Assembly: GCA_964016885.1 (NCBI GenBank) | Contig: OZ024742.1 | Location: 32,240,001 to 32,304,000, forward strand | Direction of reading: 5' to 3' | From: Eledone cirrhosa | Taxonomy: Eukaryota | Length of the DNA stretch: 64,000 nt | In this document: positions 1-13,480 of the stretch, in pieces | Numbering within the stretch: the first letter of the stretch is position 1 | How the letters are laid out: every line of letters starts with the position of its first letter | Made by a program: the position numbers and the translations under genes | Notes under the pieces: generated by a model | Database searches by the model: none | What the model was told of the DNA's origin: nothing | The model's input: only the letters and a program-made list of their open reading frames with translations

Positions 1-103
1 CAGGTTTAAAAAGTGACCTAGAAACTCCTTTTGAAGTCCCTAAAGTACCAATTCAGTACTGGGTCTTCTTCTTTCTATATATATATGTCTGTCTTTATCA
101 CTT

Positions 104-163
<60 letters not shown>

Positions 164-912
164 CACACGCACACGCACATATATATATATATATATATAT
201 ATACACGCGCACACGCACATATATATATATATATAAAATTATTACTCTGTCTCTCTCTCTCTGTCTCTCTCTCTCTCTCTATCTTCCCTCTCTCCATCTA
301 TCTATCTCTTTCTCTTTATCACACACACACACTTTCTCTCGTGTTCTATCCTTCTCTGGAAGATATCTGCTGTGTTCAGAGATGGAGAAAAATGAGCTAC
401 GCAATGTTTTAAACAGCCGAAACATGAGGTGTGCCAGAACAGCGCCATTACGTTACCATTAGGAAGTAAGGACCGTTTTCTCTTCCTATATAGGTGTGTG
501 GTTTGAGCTATATACAGTTTATATTGAGGGGGTGGTCAGTTACTGTATGTACCAATCAAAACAAAGGACTACTTGTTGGGTAAAAGATAAAATACTACTG
601 ATGTTTTGAATGAAGCATGTTGAAACTCACCACACTACTCACCCACTAACCAGGTGACTTTTCCTCACCGCATAGTCTTTTTTTTTTCTAACAACACCAA
701 TAACAATACTAGTCCTAAACCTGTGGTCCTCAAATGTAGTAACGTGTGTCTGTGAGCATAATGCGTAGACACATTTCAAAAGCCTGCGGACGTGAGAAGA
801 TTCTTTTAAATAGAGGTTTCCTTGGTATTTGCAGTATTTGCTCCGAGATTTCTGTGTTCTTACTTCAAACCTCAGCGAGATCATTTATGTCTTTCATCGT
901 TTCAAGATCAAT

Positions 913-1990
913 GAATATGACATGATATGGTCCCGTTACTTCTGTAGGAGTCGTAGGGTTGACTTAATGGAATATGACATGATATGGTCCCGTTACTTCT
1001 GTAGAAGTCGTAGGGTTGCCTTATTGGAATATGACATGATATGGTCCCGTTACTTCTGTAGAAGTCGTAGGGTTGACTTAATGGGATATGACATGATATG
1101 GTCCCGTTACTTCTGTAGGAGTCGTAGGGTTGCCTTAGTGGAATATGACATGATATGGTCCCGTTACTTCTGTAGGAGTCGTAGGGTTGCCTTAGTGGAA
1201 TATGACATGATATGGTCCCGTTACTTCTGTAGGAGTCGTAGGGTTGCCTTAGTGGAATATGACATGATATGGTCCCGTTACTTCTGTAGGAGTTGTAGGG
1301 TTGACTTAGTGGAATATGACATGATATGGTCCCGTTACTTCTGTAGGAGTTGTAGGGTTGACTTAGTGGAATATGACATGATATGGTCCCGTTACTTCTG
1401 TAGGAGTTGTAGGGTTGACTTAGTGGAATATGACATGATATGGTCCCGTTACTTCTGTAGGAGTTGTAGGGTTGACTTAGTGGAATATGACATGATATGG
1501 TCCCGTTACTTCTGTAGGAGTCGTAGGGTTGACTTAGTGGAATATGACATGATATGCTCCCGTTACTTCTGTAGGAGTTGTAGGGTTGACTTAGTGGAAT
1601 ATGACATGATATGGTCCCGTTACTTCTGTAGGAGTTGTAGGGTTGACTTAGTGGAATATGACATGATATGGTCCCGTTACTTCTGTAGGAGTCGTAGGGT
1701 TGACTTAGTGGAATATGACATGATATGGTCCCGTTACTTCTGTAGGAGTTGTAGGGTTGACTTAGTGGAATATGACATGATATGGTCCCGTTACTTCTGT
1801 AGGAGTCGTAGGGTTGACTTAGTGGAATATGACATGATATGGTCCCGTTACTTCTGTAGAAGTCGTAGGGTTGACTTAGTAGAATATGACATGATATGAT
1901 CCCGTTACTTCTGTAGGAGTCGTAGGGTTGCCTTAGTGGAATATGACATGATATGGTCCCGTAACTTCTGTAGAAGTTGTAGGGTTGCCC
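913..1990. repeat. 57-bp tandem minisatellite, about 19 copies
   Basis: Unit GAATATGACATGATATGGTCCCGTTACTTCTGTAGGAGTCGTAGGGTTGACTTAGTG recurs at 913, 970 and onward with period 57. The long ORFs on both strands follow from the 19-codon stop-free unit. Confidence 0.97.
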
Positions 1991-3299
1991 TGGTGGCATA
2001 TGGTGTTTCTTGGACATTTAAAACCTGGCAGAGCCCATCTCCTCTCCAGGTCTAAATACAGCAGATTTCTTCCAGAGAAGGATAGAGAGAGTGAGAGAAT
2101 GGAAGTTAGAAAAAGATATAAAGAAAGATTCGACTCCAGTACATGACTGGTACTTTTTTATCGACCCCGAAAGGATAAAAGGCAAAGTTGACCCCAGCGA
2201 GATTTGAACTCAGATAGAGCAGATAGCCTAAACGAATACCTCAAAACATTCTATCCGACGTTCTTACCACTCTGCCAATTCACCGCTTTTATCAATGTAG
2301 TTGTTGTTTAACCCCAGACAATAGCTGGTATAAGAGCTATTAGAATTAAAGGGCACATTCGTTGAAGGGCATATTCATCGTAATCCTGTTTACCGAAAAC
2401 TTGTTCGTAGAAGGTTTGAGTGTCGAAAGTCGAATACGTATCTGTCGAAATACATATTCGTAGAAAAGCTGACCTGTCAACTCTCCCCATCCGACGTGAA
2501 GATCTCCCACCCACTTTGGGGTGGGTGAGAGATGTCTTCTCTTGTGAAAATGGGTATAGCTTTCATAATGTAAAATCTCCCCATTTTGCCTCATTTCTCC
2601 CCGTTTTGGGGCACCTTTTTTCATGGTACTCTCCATTTGGGTTTTTAGAGGTTGGCAGGTCTAGAAAAGCATAAATCGGTTGAAAAGATAAATTGATGGA
2701 AAATATAATAAATGACATAAAACTAATTGAAAGATAACGGATGTTTTAAACAACTTATTGTAACTTCATAATAATAAATTATAAAATATTAGATATGATT
2801 TTAATTTCAGACTGTTTAAAAAATGTAATTGTAAGAAAATAAATATAATTATATGAAATTTAATTATGTGCTGTCACTTTTATTTTGTATGATGTGGAGC
2901 TAAGACAACTTTTAACTTAACATCGTAAATAATTTTTGGAATCAACACTTTCGTTTTCGTTATAATAGTTTCTACTATAGAGAACAGGCCAACAATTTTA
3001 GGGGAGGGGAAAGTCGATTAAATCGACACCAGTGCATTACTGGTGTTTTATTACTGGTGCTTTTCTTTTTTAAATATAGTAGTGTGTAATTTGAAGGATT
3101 TTGGGTTGTTATTTCTAGCAGGTCATTTAACCACATAAAAACTGACATATTGACTCGAGGATAAATTAATCCAAGCGTTAGAGCCCCGGATGAAAATATC
3201 TGACGGTATCTTCTTTGTCTTTTATCTAGCTTAAAATATCTTATCTCTACCTTGGCTCTGAATGGCTCACACGAAAACTATTTTGTGTCAAACATTGAA

Positions 3300-3492
3300 A
3301 ATAATTGTTTCTACTTTTGGCACAAGGCCAGCAATTATCCCAGTGTATTACTGGTACTTTATTTTATCGACCCCGTAAGGATGAAAGGCAAAGTTAACCT
3401 CGGCGGGATTTGAACTCAGAATGGCAAGGGCCGTAACTCTATGTGTCAAAGCATGGTGTCCGACCCTCTACCGATACTGCCAATCCACCGTC
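3300..3492 (-). mobile_element. tRNA-derived SINE with MetaSINE-like core; representative of the dominant family
   Basis: Reverse complement shows A-box-like TGGCAGTATCGG, B-box GAGTTCAAATCC and core GCCTTTCATCCTTACGGGGTCGATAAAATAAAGTACC. Further copies near 2130-2290, 4480-4630, 25440-25760, 27280-27575, 29150-29305, 39685-39870, 40025-40200, 51260-52040, 62800-63200 and 63610-63805. Confidence 0.85.
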
Positions 3493-4059
3493 CTTCGGGG
3501 AAACGCCTTCTCCATTCTATCCGCCGGAGCTGTGGGGAGGCCACCAATATGATTGACTGACTTGTCATTTTATCAGTCAGATGTTCTTTTGTAAGTTTAT
3601 TTTTAAACACTTGCTACTGTTGTTGTTGTGGTGGTGGTGGTATTTAGCAGTGGTCATCTTGCTTGCTGCTCATCTTCGTTGTCTGCAATCAACAATATCT
3701 AACCGATTGCTGTCGCAGCAGTAACGATGACGCCAATAAGACTGAGCAACTCTATGGCTGTTTCCGCTTTTGAACTGTTTCCTCTTGTTCAATTTGACAA
3801 TCGTTGCTGCTATCATTTCCATTCGTCAACATCTTACATAACCGTCACGTTTAAAACTACCGACTGGCTCTTGGTTACTTTTAGAGGAGGCCAGTGCTTT
3901 GAAAGTATTCGGGACCTGGTCTCCCTGTAAGTACAAATCCTTCTTTTTTTCATACCAATCTCAATGGGACTCTTATATGGGTTAAGGGAATTGCAATCCC
4001 TTCTCCAAGCCGTTAAAGAAAAGGTCATACCTGTTTCAATAGATCTCTTTTACCTGTTA

Positions 4060-4240
4060 CATGGCTGAGGCCATACTGGGGCACCGCCATTGCCGCTACA
4101 CTTTCTATAGCTAGTTGGTCATTGATGTAAGAGCGAGTTTGTCGCTGCTACCCTAATTTGAACGTCGTCATATGCTGTAGGTTTATCTGGGATCTTGGTC
4201 AGCAGAATATCGAAATGTTTCTTGAAAACATCAACATCCC
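4060..4240 (-). mobile_element. 3' end fragment of a CR1-like LINE
   Basis: Minus strand reads DVDVFKKHFDILLTKIPDKPTAYDDVQIRVAATNSLLHQ-stop, resembling the FK..LD..L..IPD.P...AA.NSL C-terminus of invertebrate CR1 ORF2. Confidence 0.55.
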
Positions 4241-4834
4241 CGTCTTTATACGATTAAAATGTTTCAGTCGTTATCACTTTCATCCTTTTCTTCTAGACTG
4301 TATTGTCTAACGTATCCTTCGTTTTGTAAGATGGTAAAATCACTACAAAAGCTCCGATGGAGATTTTGCTGCTATTTCTACATTATCGAGAAACCATGTG
4401 GAGGTTTGAACAGTTGTCAGTCAATGGGGAGTGGGTCATTTTGACATCATTTATGTATCAAAGTAAGACGGCAAAGTAATTGGCAGAGTCGTTGGAACAT
4501 CGGATTGAATGTTTTGAGGTATCCGTTTCGAGTCTCTGTTTTTTTATTTCAAATCCCGCCGAGGTCAACTTTGCTTTTCATCCACTCGAGGTCGATAAAA
4601 ATAAATGACCAGTCTAGTAGTAGGGTCGATTCTTCCTCTATATCTCTTTCTCACTTCCTCTCTCTCACTCTCTATTTTTTTTCTTGGAGAAATCTGTTGT
4701 ATTCAGACCTGGAGATGAGATGGGCTCCGCCAGGTTTTAAAATGAGCTAGAAACACCGTATTTGAATAAGGTGCCTCCACGACTCCTTTAGGAGTTACGG
4801 GACCATGCATGCAACATATCACAATAGCGTAAAG

Positions 4835-4975
4835 GCACGTGACTTAATGATTAGCTTTTGGCACACAATCGTAAGGCCGCGAGTTCGATTCTTGGCTGTG
4901 TAGTATCCTTGAGCAAGACACTTTATTTCATGTTGCTCCCGTTCCTACAACTGGAAAAAATGTGTTGTAACTATA
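4835..4975 (+). mobile_element. CORE-like tRNA SINE (second SINE family)
   Basis: B-box GAGTTCGATTC followed by the CORE-like TCCTTGAGCAAGACACTTTATTTCA. Related copies at about 8430-8570 (-), 17900-18016 (-), 27715-27850 (+) and 35155-35270 (-). Confidence 0.7.
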
Positions 4976-5009
4976 ATTAAAAAAACAAAAACGACCTTGT
5001 CACAGAAGA

Positions 5010-5780
5010 TGATCTTTGACTTGCACTTGATAGGTTTGATGCCTAGTGCTGCTGCATAGCTGGAATGAAAATCAGTGCTGCGAAAACTGAGACACTCGTC
5101 CTCTCAAGGAAGCCTATGCAATGCACTCTACATGTGAACGGAGTTCCACTGAAGCAGATAGAGAGGTTCAAGTATCTCGGAGCCGTGTTCATGAGTAATG
5201 GAAGGCAGGAGACAAAATTAAGTGCAAGAATTGCAGGAGTTGGTGCAGTAGTGCGCCAGCTTCAGCATTCACTAATCAGAAGAAGGGAGATAGGTGTAAA
5301 AGCCAAACTCGCTATCATCAATTCGATATTCATGCCAACCCTTACCTATGGTCAAGAATCTATGGTCAAGAATGACTGAAAGATCGCGAATAAAAGCGGC
5401 CGAAATGGGGTTTCTCCGAAGGGTCTTTGGAGTAACGTTACTCGATGAAGTACGTAAGTTGGAGATGAGATAGTTATTCCAGGTAGAGCCGCTACTACTC
5501 CGAATTGAGAGATCACAGCTCCGGTACTATGGGCATGTGGTTAGAATGTCTCAGGAAAGAATCGTTGGACAGATTTTACGGGCAAAACCAACCGGCAAGA
5601 GACCCAGGGGTAGACGCCGAGCAAGATGCTTGAATAACATCCATGAGATCAGCTGGTCACACTTGGGGATCTAGCTGGATCAGTTGGAGACGGTTGCTTC
5701 TGACAGGACCCGCTGGAAGGAGTGTTTGAAAACTCTTCCCACACGACTCTCTCAGGAATAAGTGGGCGAAGAAGAAGAAG
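5010..5780 (+). mobile_element. 5'-truncated, decayed RTE-like LINE (RT C-terminal part)
   Basis: MKISAAKTETLV...QIERFKYLG motif, frameshifted downstream, ending in a (GAA)n tail. A second 3' end of the same family lies at about 36968-37200. Confidence 0.85.
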
Positions 5781-6149
5781 GCCTTGTCACACCCTGTGTC
5801 ACGCTGAATCACCCTGAAAATTGCGTTAATAGTACACGTGTCAGTGGAACTCTTATCCACTTAGCTTAGTCGTTAATTTCTCAAGAAGGCTGTTTCTTAC
5901 ATCAAACAGCTAGAACAACACAAGCAAGGGTTCACCTGTACGTTAAACTAATCAATGCGGAGTATACTGTTGGCTAGTACTTTATTTACATCAAGCTCCT
6001 CAGATAATGAAAAGGCATCACACACAGAGCAGCCATTCACACTTAATATTTTCTCTAGTGTCTTTACAATAACTCCATATAAAGACTTTACACACACAGC
6101 TGTCAATCCTTTACTGTATGAATAACAGTTTCTCATTACACCCCCGCCG

Positions 6150-6150
<1 letters not shown>

Positions 6151-6215
<65 letters not shown>

Positions 6216-6222
6216 TACAACA

Positions 6223-6280
<58 letters not shown>

Positions 6281-6307
6281 TCACAACCACCACCACTACA
6301 ACTGCTG

Positions 6308-6344
<37 letters not shown>

Positions 6345-6469
6345 CATCACAACCACCACCACCACTACAACTACTACTACTACTACCACCACCACCACCA
6401 CCACCGTTACTACTACTACTACTATCACAACCACCACCACTACAACTGCTGCCACTACGACTACTGCTG

Positions 6470-6503
<34 letters not shown>

Positions 6504-6521
6504 CACTAATACTGCTGCTGT

Positions 6522-6557
<36 letters not shown>

Positions 6558-6595
6558 AGCCACCACCTTTACCACCACCACGACCATTACTATTA
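6151..6595. repeat. (ACT/ACC)n trinucleotide microsatellite
   Basis: Direct reading; it produces the poly-Thr and poly-Val ORFs. Confidence 0.95.
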
Positions 6596-7115
6596 CTGAA
6601 CTATGTGACCAAGTAGTGTTTGCTCTTTTTCCTTTAACCCCAAGTCAGCCCTGATCAAGCAGAGCTATGATCAAAAGCATTCTAGTCTTATGCATCGTGT
6701 CATTTTGTAGAAAGCTGCAGTATAAGTATTTCTAGCACTCGAGTGACCAAGCAGAGGCTCTCCTTTGACTCTTCGTTGAGTTAAAGACTCCCTACAGTCA
6801 TCTAAAAGAGATTTGCACCTAAAAACTTTCCACTCCGGATCACAAGATCAGGCAAGGTTGTTTGTGGAAGACCAGCTGTCACCCATAACATACCAGTCTC
6901 CTCTCTCCACGTCACCGATGTTGTCCAATGGAAACGTAATGGCCGATATAGCTGTGCCCCAGTGACGTCACACACACTGCGTTCCAAAATTGTTATCAAG
7001 ACGACCTAATGGTTTGTCTTATTTACTCTCGTTATTTTCGATTTTTTTTTTTCTTTACTTGGACAACTATTTATTTTCTGTATCTATTCTTTGTGATTCT
7101 GTCTCTACTTTTGTA

Positions 7116-7150
7116 CTCCTGAAGAAGGGCCGAACCCCGACACGTCGAAC
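7116..7150 (+). ncRNA. Degenerate minimal hammerhead motif (Penelope-type)
   Basis: CTGAAGA-A-GGG-ccgaac-CCC-GACA(for GAAA)-CG-TC. Stem I is weak and A13 is mutated, so probably inactive. Confidence 0.45.
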
Positions 7151-7235
7151 TTTCTTTCCCCTTTTCCTTATATAGCGTGAAACTAATAAGACTTTTTGTA
7201 CCTATTTGTTGTTTTCTTGAACTATATTTATAAAT

Positions 7236-7308
<73 letters not shown>

Positions 7309-7394
7309 AAAAATGTATACGCACTTTGTACAGGCAATATTTATTAGAATGCTGTTGAAGTGTGTATACATTTTGGCGGGGGACACTCTGTATA

Positions 7395-7415
7395 TCTGTA
7401 TATATATTAAATTAA

Positions 7416-7476
<61 letters not shown>

Positions 7477-8316
7477 TGTGTATTACCTATAGGGGCCTAC
7501 ATCTTACGACCGATTTTCATGAAACTTTACAGGCTCATAGATTAGTCATCGGGGAGTGTTTTCTATATATCAGCGTATCGTTTTTTTTTTATTCCGGGGT
7601 CATTCTGCAGATAAAAATCTTTTTTTAGGTATCGAAAAATAAGATTTTTGGCTCTAGCTCCCACATTTTGCCACCGATTTCGTTCAAATTTTAAAGCAAA
7701 ATAGAATTTATCATTGCACATTCTGTAATGGCTTTATATTTTGGATTTTTGTTCAGTAACGGCGTGGCACCCGCTTAAATATTCAAAAATACCACTTTTA
7801 GACTCAAATTTCCACTTTTTCGGGTCTAGCTCCCACTGGATCTGATTATTTCACGTCTTAAAGTGGCTTTACATTTTGGAATTTTTTGTTCAGTAACGGC
7901 GTGGCAGCCGCTTAAATATTCGAAAATACCACCTTTTCGCTCAAATTTCCGCCTTTTCGGCTCTAGCTCCCACATTTTTCAACCGATTTCGTTCAAATTC
8001 GAAACTTCGGCCCCACCTCACACATAAATCAATTTATTTGGTTCAATTGTTATACTACGATAGAACGTATCATTGCACATCTTATAGTAGCTTTACACTT
8101 TGAATTTTTTGTTCAGGGACGGCGTGGCAGCCGTTTAACTCTTCAAAATACGATTTTTTCCACCTCCCACATATTTCATACGATTTCACTCAACATTTCG
8201 CCATTTGCTACACCTTACGACCGATTTTCAAGAAACTCGCAGTCGCTAAGATCAACACCTTTTCATCAAAGCAGATATTATTTTACCTACCCAGGAAACG
8301 CTGGGTACTGCTGCTA

Positions 8317-8317
<1 letters not shown>
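7395..8317 (+). mobile_element. Non-autonomous Helitron
   Basis: A^TC 5' start, (TG)n tract, internal subrepeats (TTTTGTTCAG..ACGGCGTGGCA three times), and 3' hairpin CCCAG..CTGGG followed by CTAG^T at 8314-8317. Confidence 0.7.
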
Positions 8318-8371
<54 letters not shown>

Positions 8372-10086
8372 TTTATCCAAGAGAAAGGTAAAGGCCGACA
8401 TAGCTAGATACTAGTGACGTCACGACTTATTTCTACAGTTGAGTGAACTGGAGCAACGTGAAATAAAGTGTCTTGATCAAGGGTATAACGCTTCACCTGG
8501 TCTGAGAATTGAACTCAGAACCTCCCGATTGCAAGCCTAATGTTCTTACCACTAAGCCATGTACCTCCACAATGACTTAACATACTTGTAAATGGAACGC
8601 TGTCCGTTTCGTTGATGACTGTTTCAGTTAACGTGTAAGTGGCTGAGCATTCTACAGATCAATGTGTGGCAGAGTATTTCACTGACATGTGTACCTTTAA
8701 CATAGTTCTCAGGGAGATTCAGTGTGACACAGTGAGTGACAAAGCTGACCCTTTCAATTACAAAATATATCACACGGATTCTGTCTACTAAATTTCATTT
8801 CAAACAGAGGCTAAGATAAAAGACAACCAGGACCTGTCCAACCGCTTCCTCTTTGTACTGGTCTTCGTCGAGACCTCTGGAGTCCTTGGTCCCTCTTGTT
8901 CCCCGCTCTGCTGATTCCTTCGAAAGAATCGGAAAGACAGCGACCCACTTGAAATAGTAGTGAAGTACTGGGATGGACTGAATCGACTGTCCTCTACCCC
9001 ACGAAGTACCAGTGAAGTACCAGGATTGATTTGATGCTCTACCCTATTAAAACTCCCAACTGTGTCAGGTGTCTTCAACTTGCAGGTCATGTTAGGAGAG
9101 GCAACGAACCTCCTAAAAAAACTTTTACTACGGGAACCCACTGTGAAACACAAATGCGGAAGAACTCTCAAGACATTAAAGATAGTGGTGGTGGAGGGAG
9201 GGGCTACCATTTATGATGGTGGTGGTGGGGACTGCCATTTTGATTGTGGTGGTGCTGGTGGAGTTGCCATTTTGGTGGGGCTGGATGTGGGGTAAGCAAT
9301 TTTTGGTGGAAGTGGTGGGGATACCATTTTTGGTGGTGGTAACGGGAGTTACCATTTTTGGCAAACAATTTTTGTTAATATTCTTAATTATTTTCTACTT
9401 TGGCAAGAGATAAAGTATCACCTATAATCCCCCCTCCTCACTCCTCATCCACCATTTAAATATCTAGGAACTATCAAAGCGTATTAATAATCTAGGTATT
9501 GTTGCTTGTTGAGTGTCTCTTTATACACCATACACCGTTTAGTCATGTTCGTGCCGTGTGTCTTGCGTAGTTTAAGTCACGTGACTACCTGAAATAGTGA
9601 TAAAATACCATATAGCATGCTGCCTTATTTAATAGCCTTGATTACTTCCGGTGGCACACAAGTAGGGAGTTCCGGTCTTGTATGAACGAATGCTTTGAAG
9701 TTATAATGAGAAGCTGTCAACGAAAGTTTAAAGTGGAGAGCATTTTCTTCCCTGTCAATATATAGCTATATTGTATTTACACCGCATTTCGGTTTCATGT
9801 AACACACGCACACATACACACATACACACATGCACACACACGTACACACATACGTGCACACACACACACACACACATATACCTGTTCCTACATACACGCA
9901 TACACCTTCATTCTCATCTCTGCTTTCACTGAACTCAACAGAAATTTTTTCATTCCATACCCCTCTCCCTTACCCCCACCCCATCTACGTCTCTCTCTCA
10001 CTCCTCTCATTCCCCTTCTTCTCTTTCTCCTCTTCTCTACGTCTTTTGTTTATATATATATATATATATGTGAATATATATATATG

Positions 10087-10151
<65 letters not shown>

Positions 10152-10462
10152 TTATATATATATATACTATAAAGTATGTCCATAGAATCATTTGATAATA
10201 TATATACACAATTTCCTCTCCCAATTAACATAATCAACCACACAAAAAAAATCAATTAAACCAGGCTATAAGATTAAAAGGCACCTATGAAGAAATAGTA
10301 GATAAATAAACGACAGCAATTTATTCGCGATCAACCGCTATAGAATATTTACCCAACATTTCAATAGCACGTGGAAATCGATTAAATATACCGTCAACCA
10401 TACACAATTAGGTATAAAATTAAAGTTAGAAGAAAAAATGCATATACACATACCTGGATTAC

Positions 10463-10543
10463 GTTTCTACCCTTAGGGTTTCGTTCGCTTTCGGAAATAT
10501 CCTATCAAGGATAAAATCTCGAGCTTCGAACTCATCAGGAAAC
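10463..10543 (-). ncRNA. Type I hammerhead ribozyme, canonical core, long stem II insert
   Basis: Reverse complement: GTTTC CTGATGA GTTCG...CGAAC GAAA CCC taa GGG TA GAAAC. Stems I, II and III all pair. Confidence 0.85.
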
Positions 10544-10555
10544 AAACTCATTTGG

Positions 10556-10622
<67 letters not shown>

Positions 10623-10627
10623 GAGGG

Positions 10628-10671
10628 ACCGTCCTGACGAAGGCCAGTTAAGCCTGAAATGCATAGACGGT
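10628..10671 (+). ncRNA. Minimal type I hammerhead ribozyme with palindromic stem III (dimer-type)
   Basis: ACCGTC CTGACGA AGGC cagttaa GCCT GAAA TGCA TA GACGGT. Predicted cleavage after 10665. Confidence 0.88.
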
Positions 10672-10948
10672 TGTCCCCCTTGCTTCTGCCCTATTTCTTT
10701 GGAGATACCAAATATTTATACATATTGTATAAAGCTATGCTTGAAGCGAAATCCTATTTCTTTTATATATATATTCGTTTTTGAATTTGTAAATAAACAC
10801 ATAAATAAATAAATTGAAACACACATACCTAGATGTAACGCATGCGCAAACTAAGAACGCAACACAACACACAAAAAAAGATGCTGTAGGACAGAACAAA
10901 GGACTATTCGCGATAACCTTAAAGCCAGGATCTTTTCAGCACCTCCTC

Positions 10949-11034
<86 letters not shown>

Positions 11035-11047
11035 GTATATATATATA

Positions 11048-11268
11048 CGAGGAGGTGCTGAAAATATCCTGCCTTTAAGGTTAACGCGAAAGGATAGTCG
11101 GAGGCGCAACCTTCTGAGTTCTTTTTACAGGGCTTAGTTAGAAAACCCGAAGGACCACTGCAATAAGTGTGTGAATCTGAGAGAAGAATATGTTGAATAG
11201 AATCATAGTTAACTGATCCTCCTGTATTTTTTTTTACCTAAAGCCGGGAATTTTTCAGCACCTCCTTG
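11048..11268 (+). mobile_element. Mariner-derived non-autonomous element (MITE)
   Basis: TA + TIR CGAGGAGGTGCTGAAAA ... TTTTCAGCACCTCCTTG. Internal DHCNKCVNLREEYVE-stop resembles the mariner transposase C-terminus. An extra solo TIR lies at 10917-10949. Confidence 0.8.
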
Positions 11269-11326
11269 TGCGCATGTGTGTTGTGTGTGTGTATGACTTT
11301 TTGTACCTCTGTTTCTTGCTGACTTG

Positions 11327-11426
<100 letters not shown>

Positions 11427-11471
11427 CAAGTAAGCAACAAACAGAGGTACAAAAAGTCATACACACACACA

Positions 11472-11517
<46 letters not shown>

Positions 11518-11533
11518 TAAAATAACAGATTAA

Positions 11534-11584
11534 AGTTTAAGCAAAGAATCGCTGCTTTCACCCTTAACGGGATCTTCTGAAACT
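11534..11584 (-). ncRNA. Hammerhead variant (U4A core) in the 3' pLTR
   Basis: Reverse complement AGTTT CAGAAGA TCCC gttaa GGGT GAAA GCA gcgattctt TGC TT AAACT, on the same strand as the GIY-YIG frame. Confidence 0.7.
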
Positions 11585-12512
11585 AACAAAGTCAATCTGT
11601 AAACGCAGAACTGTATATTTCAAAAAACGTTGCAACCGGAGGAAGACAGGAAGACGATACTTTGGTTCGTGGTAACGTTCGCTGGCAAAGAACGGGAAAA
11701 AACGAATAATACGTCATTAATAGGAGCGGTGAAAAACAATTACGCGCAAAGACAGAACCAGGTTTATGGTATAAAAGAGGTCGTAGACTAATGTTCTCTT
11801 AGGTGGTGCATAGAGACGTTCTCTGGCAATGAACGAAAAAACGAAGATAATAAGTCATATGTGGAGCGTGGAGAACAATAGCACGCAAAGACAAAACCAC
11901 GTAAATGGTATAGCAGAAGTTGTAGACTAAAATTCTAACTAGGAGACCAAATGAATCTCCGCTACAGAGTTAAGAATAAAGTAAATAAATACAATACAGA
12001 AATAATAGAAACAAATAAATACATACACGCAAACAGATACGTACATACACAAGCATACGCAAAACCTTACCATAGGTATACAAAACCACGCACATATAAA
12101 TATGTGTGTGTGTGTGTGCTTGTGTACAAATAAATAAATAATTATATAAACGTATATAAGTAAATAAATACGTATATAACAAGCGCACACGCATACCTAC
12201 AAATAAATACACGAATGTTCGGAGACGTAAGTCAACTAAAACAAGAAGTACACATATACACACACCCACCATACGTACGAACCTGCATACTCACGCAGAC
12301 GCAAAACTCCCATATACACATAGCCAAACCCTAAATACCAGAATATGTAAAAATTATACGCCATAACAGTCAAATATACGTACGAGAAGGTATACATACC
12401 TTCACAAAACATACGGGTAATATATACTTACCTATGCAAATAAGTAAAGGAATAAACAAAACATATACTTAGCTCCCACATCAAGACGTAAAATATCCAC
12501 GTATAGATCGTG

Positions 12513-13130
12513 CTATCCGTTAGGGTATAACGTGGGGCTGTAATACAGGAAAGTTTTGTGCAATTTATGTTTACAAGCCGAAATTGCCTCAGATTTTTTG
12601 TTTAAGATGTGGTCTGTGGCGTAGAGTATTTCCAGGGCCTCAGCGGCGCAGAGGTCACATGGTCTTTTATTTCCGTTATACGATCTAGCCCTAGCTAGGA
12701 TCTCCCAGTGTAACTTATATTGGGTGTGGTTGTCTTTTAGACTCCAGATATAAGCTGAAAGTGACGTCATATTCCTTCTTAGAGGGTAACGAAAAGAATG
12801 GGTATGCATGTAAAGACGCTGCTTGAAACTATTGGCGGTTAACCCTATGTACGCCCTACGGGACGTGGGTGTTACAACCTTACATTTGTAGACAATGTTA
12901 CTAGAGAGGCATTTCTGGGATAGGGGACAATCAGCCCGATTCCTACAATTACAGTTAGTACTAACTACAGGGTTGCACGTGTTCCTACGGCTAGGTAGTT
13001 TAGCTAAATTTGAAGCTGTGATGTTATGTGCAAGGTTAGGAGTCGTAGAGTAAGAAATTTTAATAGTATTTCTATTAAAAAATGTTTTAATTATATTTAT
13101 GTGTAGGGGGAAAGTGCTTCGTAATAAGGG
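12513..13130 (-). pseudogene. Penelope-like GIY-YIG endonuclease fragment (205 open codons, no start)
   Basis: Hand translation extends ORF 12513..12809 upstream: ..FFNRNTIKISYSTTPNL..CNCRNRADCPLSQKCLSSNIVYKCKV..AYIGLTANSFKQRLYMHTHSF..TSLSAYIWSLK..CDLC..E..LNKKSE..CKH. Confidence 0.88.
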
Positions 13131-13480
13131 AATTTTAGTCTACAACTTCTGCTATACCATTTACGTGGTTTTGTCTTTGCGTGCTATTGTTCTCCACGCT
13201 CCACATATGACTTATTATCTTCGTTTTTTCGTTCATTGCCAGAGAACGCCTCTATGCACCACCTAAGAGAACATTAGTCTACGACCTCTTTTATACCATA
13301 AACCTGGTTCTGTCTTTGCGCGTAATTGTTTTTCACCGCTCCTATTAATGACGTATTATTCGTTTTTTCCCGTTCTTTGCCAGCGAACGTTTCCACGAAC
13401 CAAAGTATCGTCTTCCTGTCTTCCTCCGGTTGCAACGTTTTTTGAAATATACAGTTCTGCGTTTACAGATTGACTTTGTT

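Noticed and set aside
829-2017. 356-aa and 369-aa repeat proteins; CRISPR-like appearance
   Set aside because: A pure 57-bp tandem repeat with no unique spacers and no cas genes; the ORFs follow from a unit length divisible by three.
3300-3492. tRNA genes suggested by A/B boxes
   Set aside because: No cloverleaf; these are SINE heads followed by a shared core.
5936-9210. Possible host exons at 5936-6113 (-), 6798-6965 (+) and from 8808 (+)
   Set aside because: Splice-like signals exist, but the peptides are unrecognisable and end in stops; not supportable without transcripts.
11585-12512. SECIS element or selenocysteine recoding in the Penelope-like element
   Set aside because: No in-frame TGA in the readable fragment and no convincing AUGA/AA/GA hairpin by eye.
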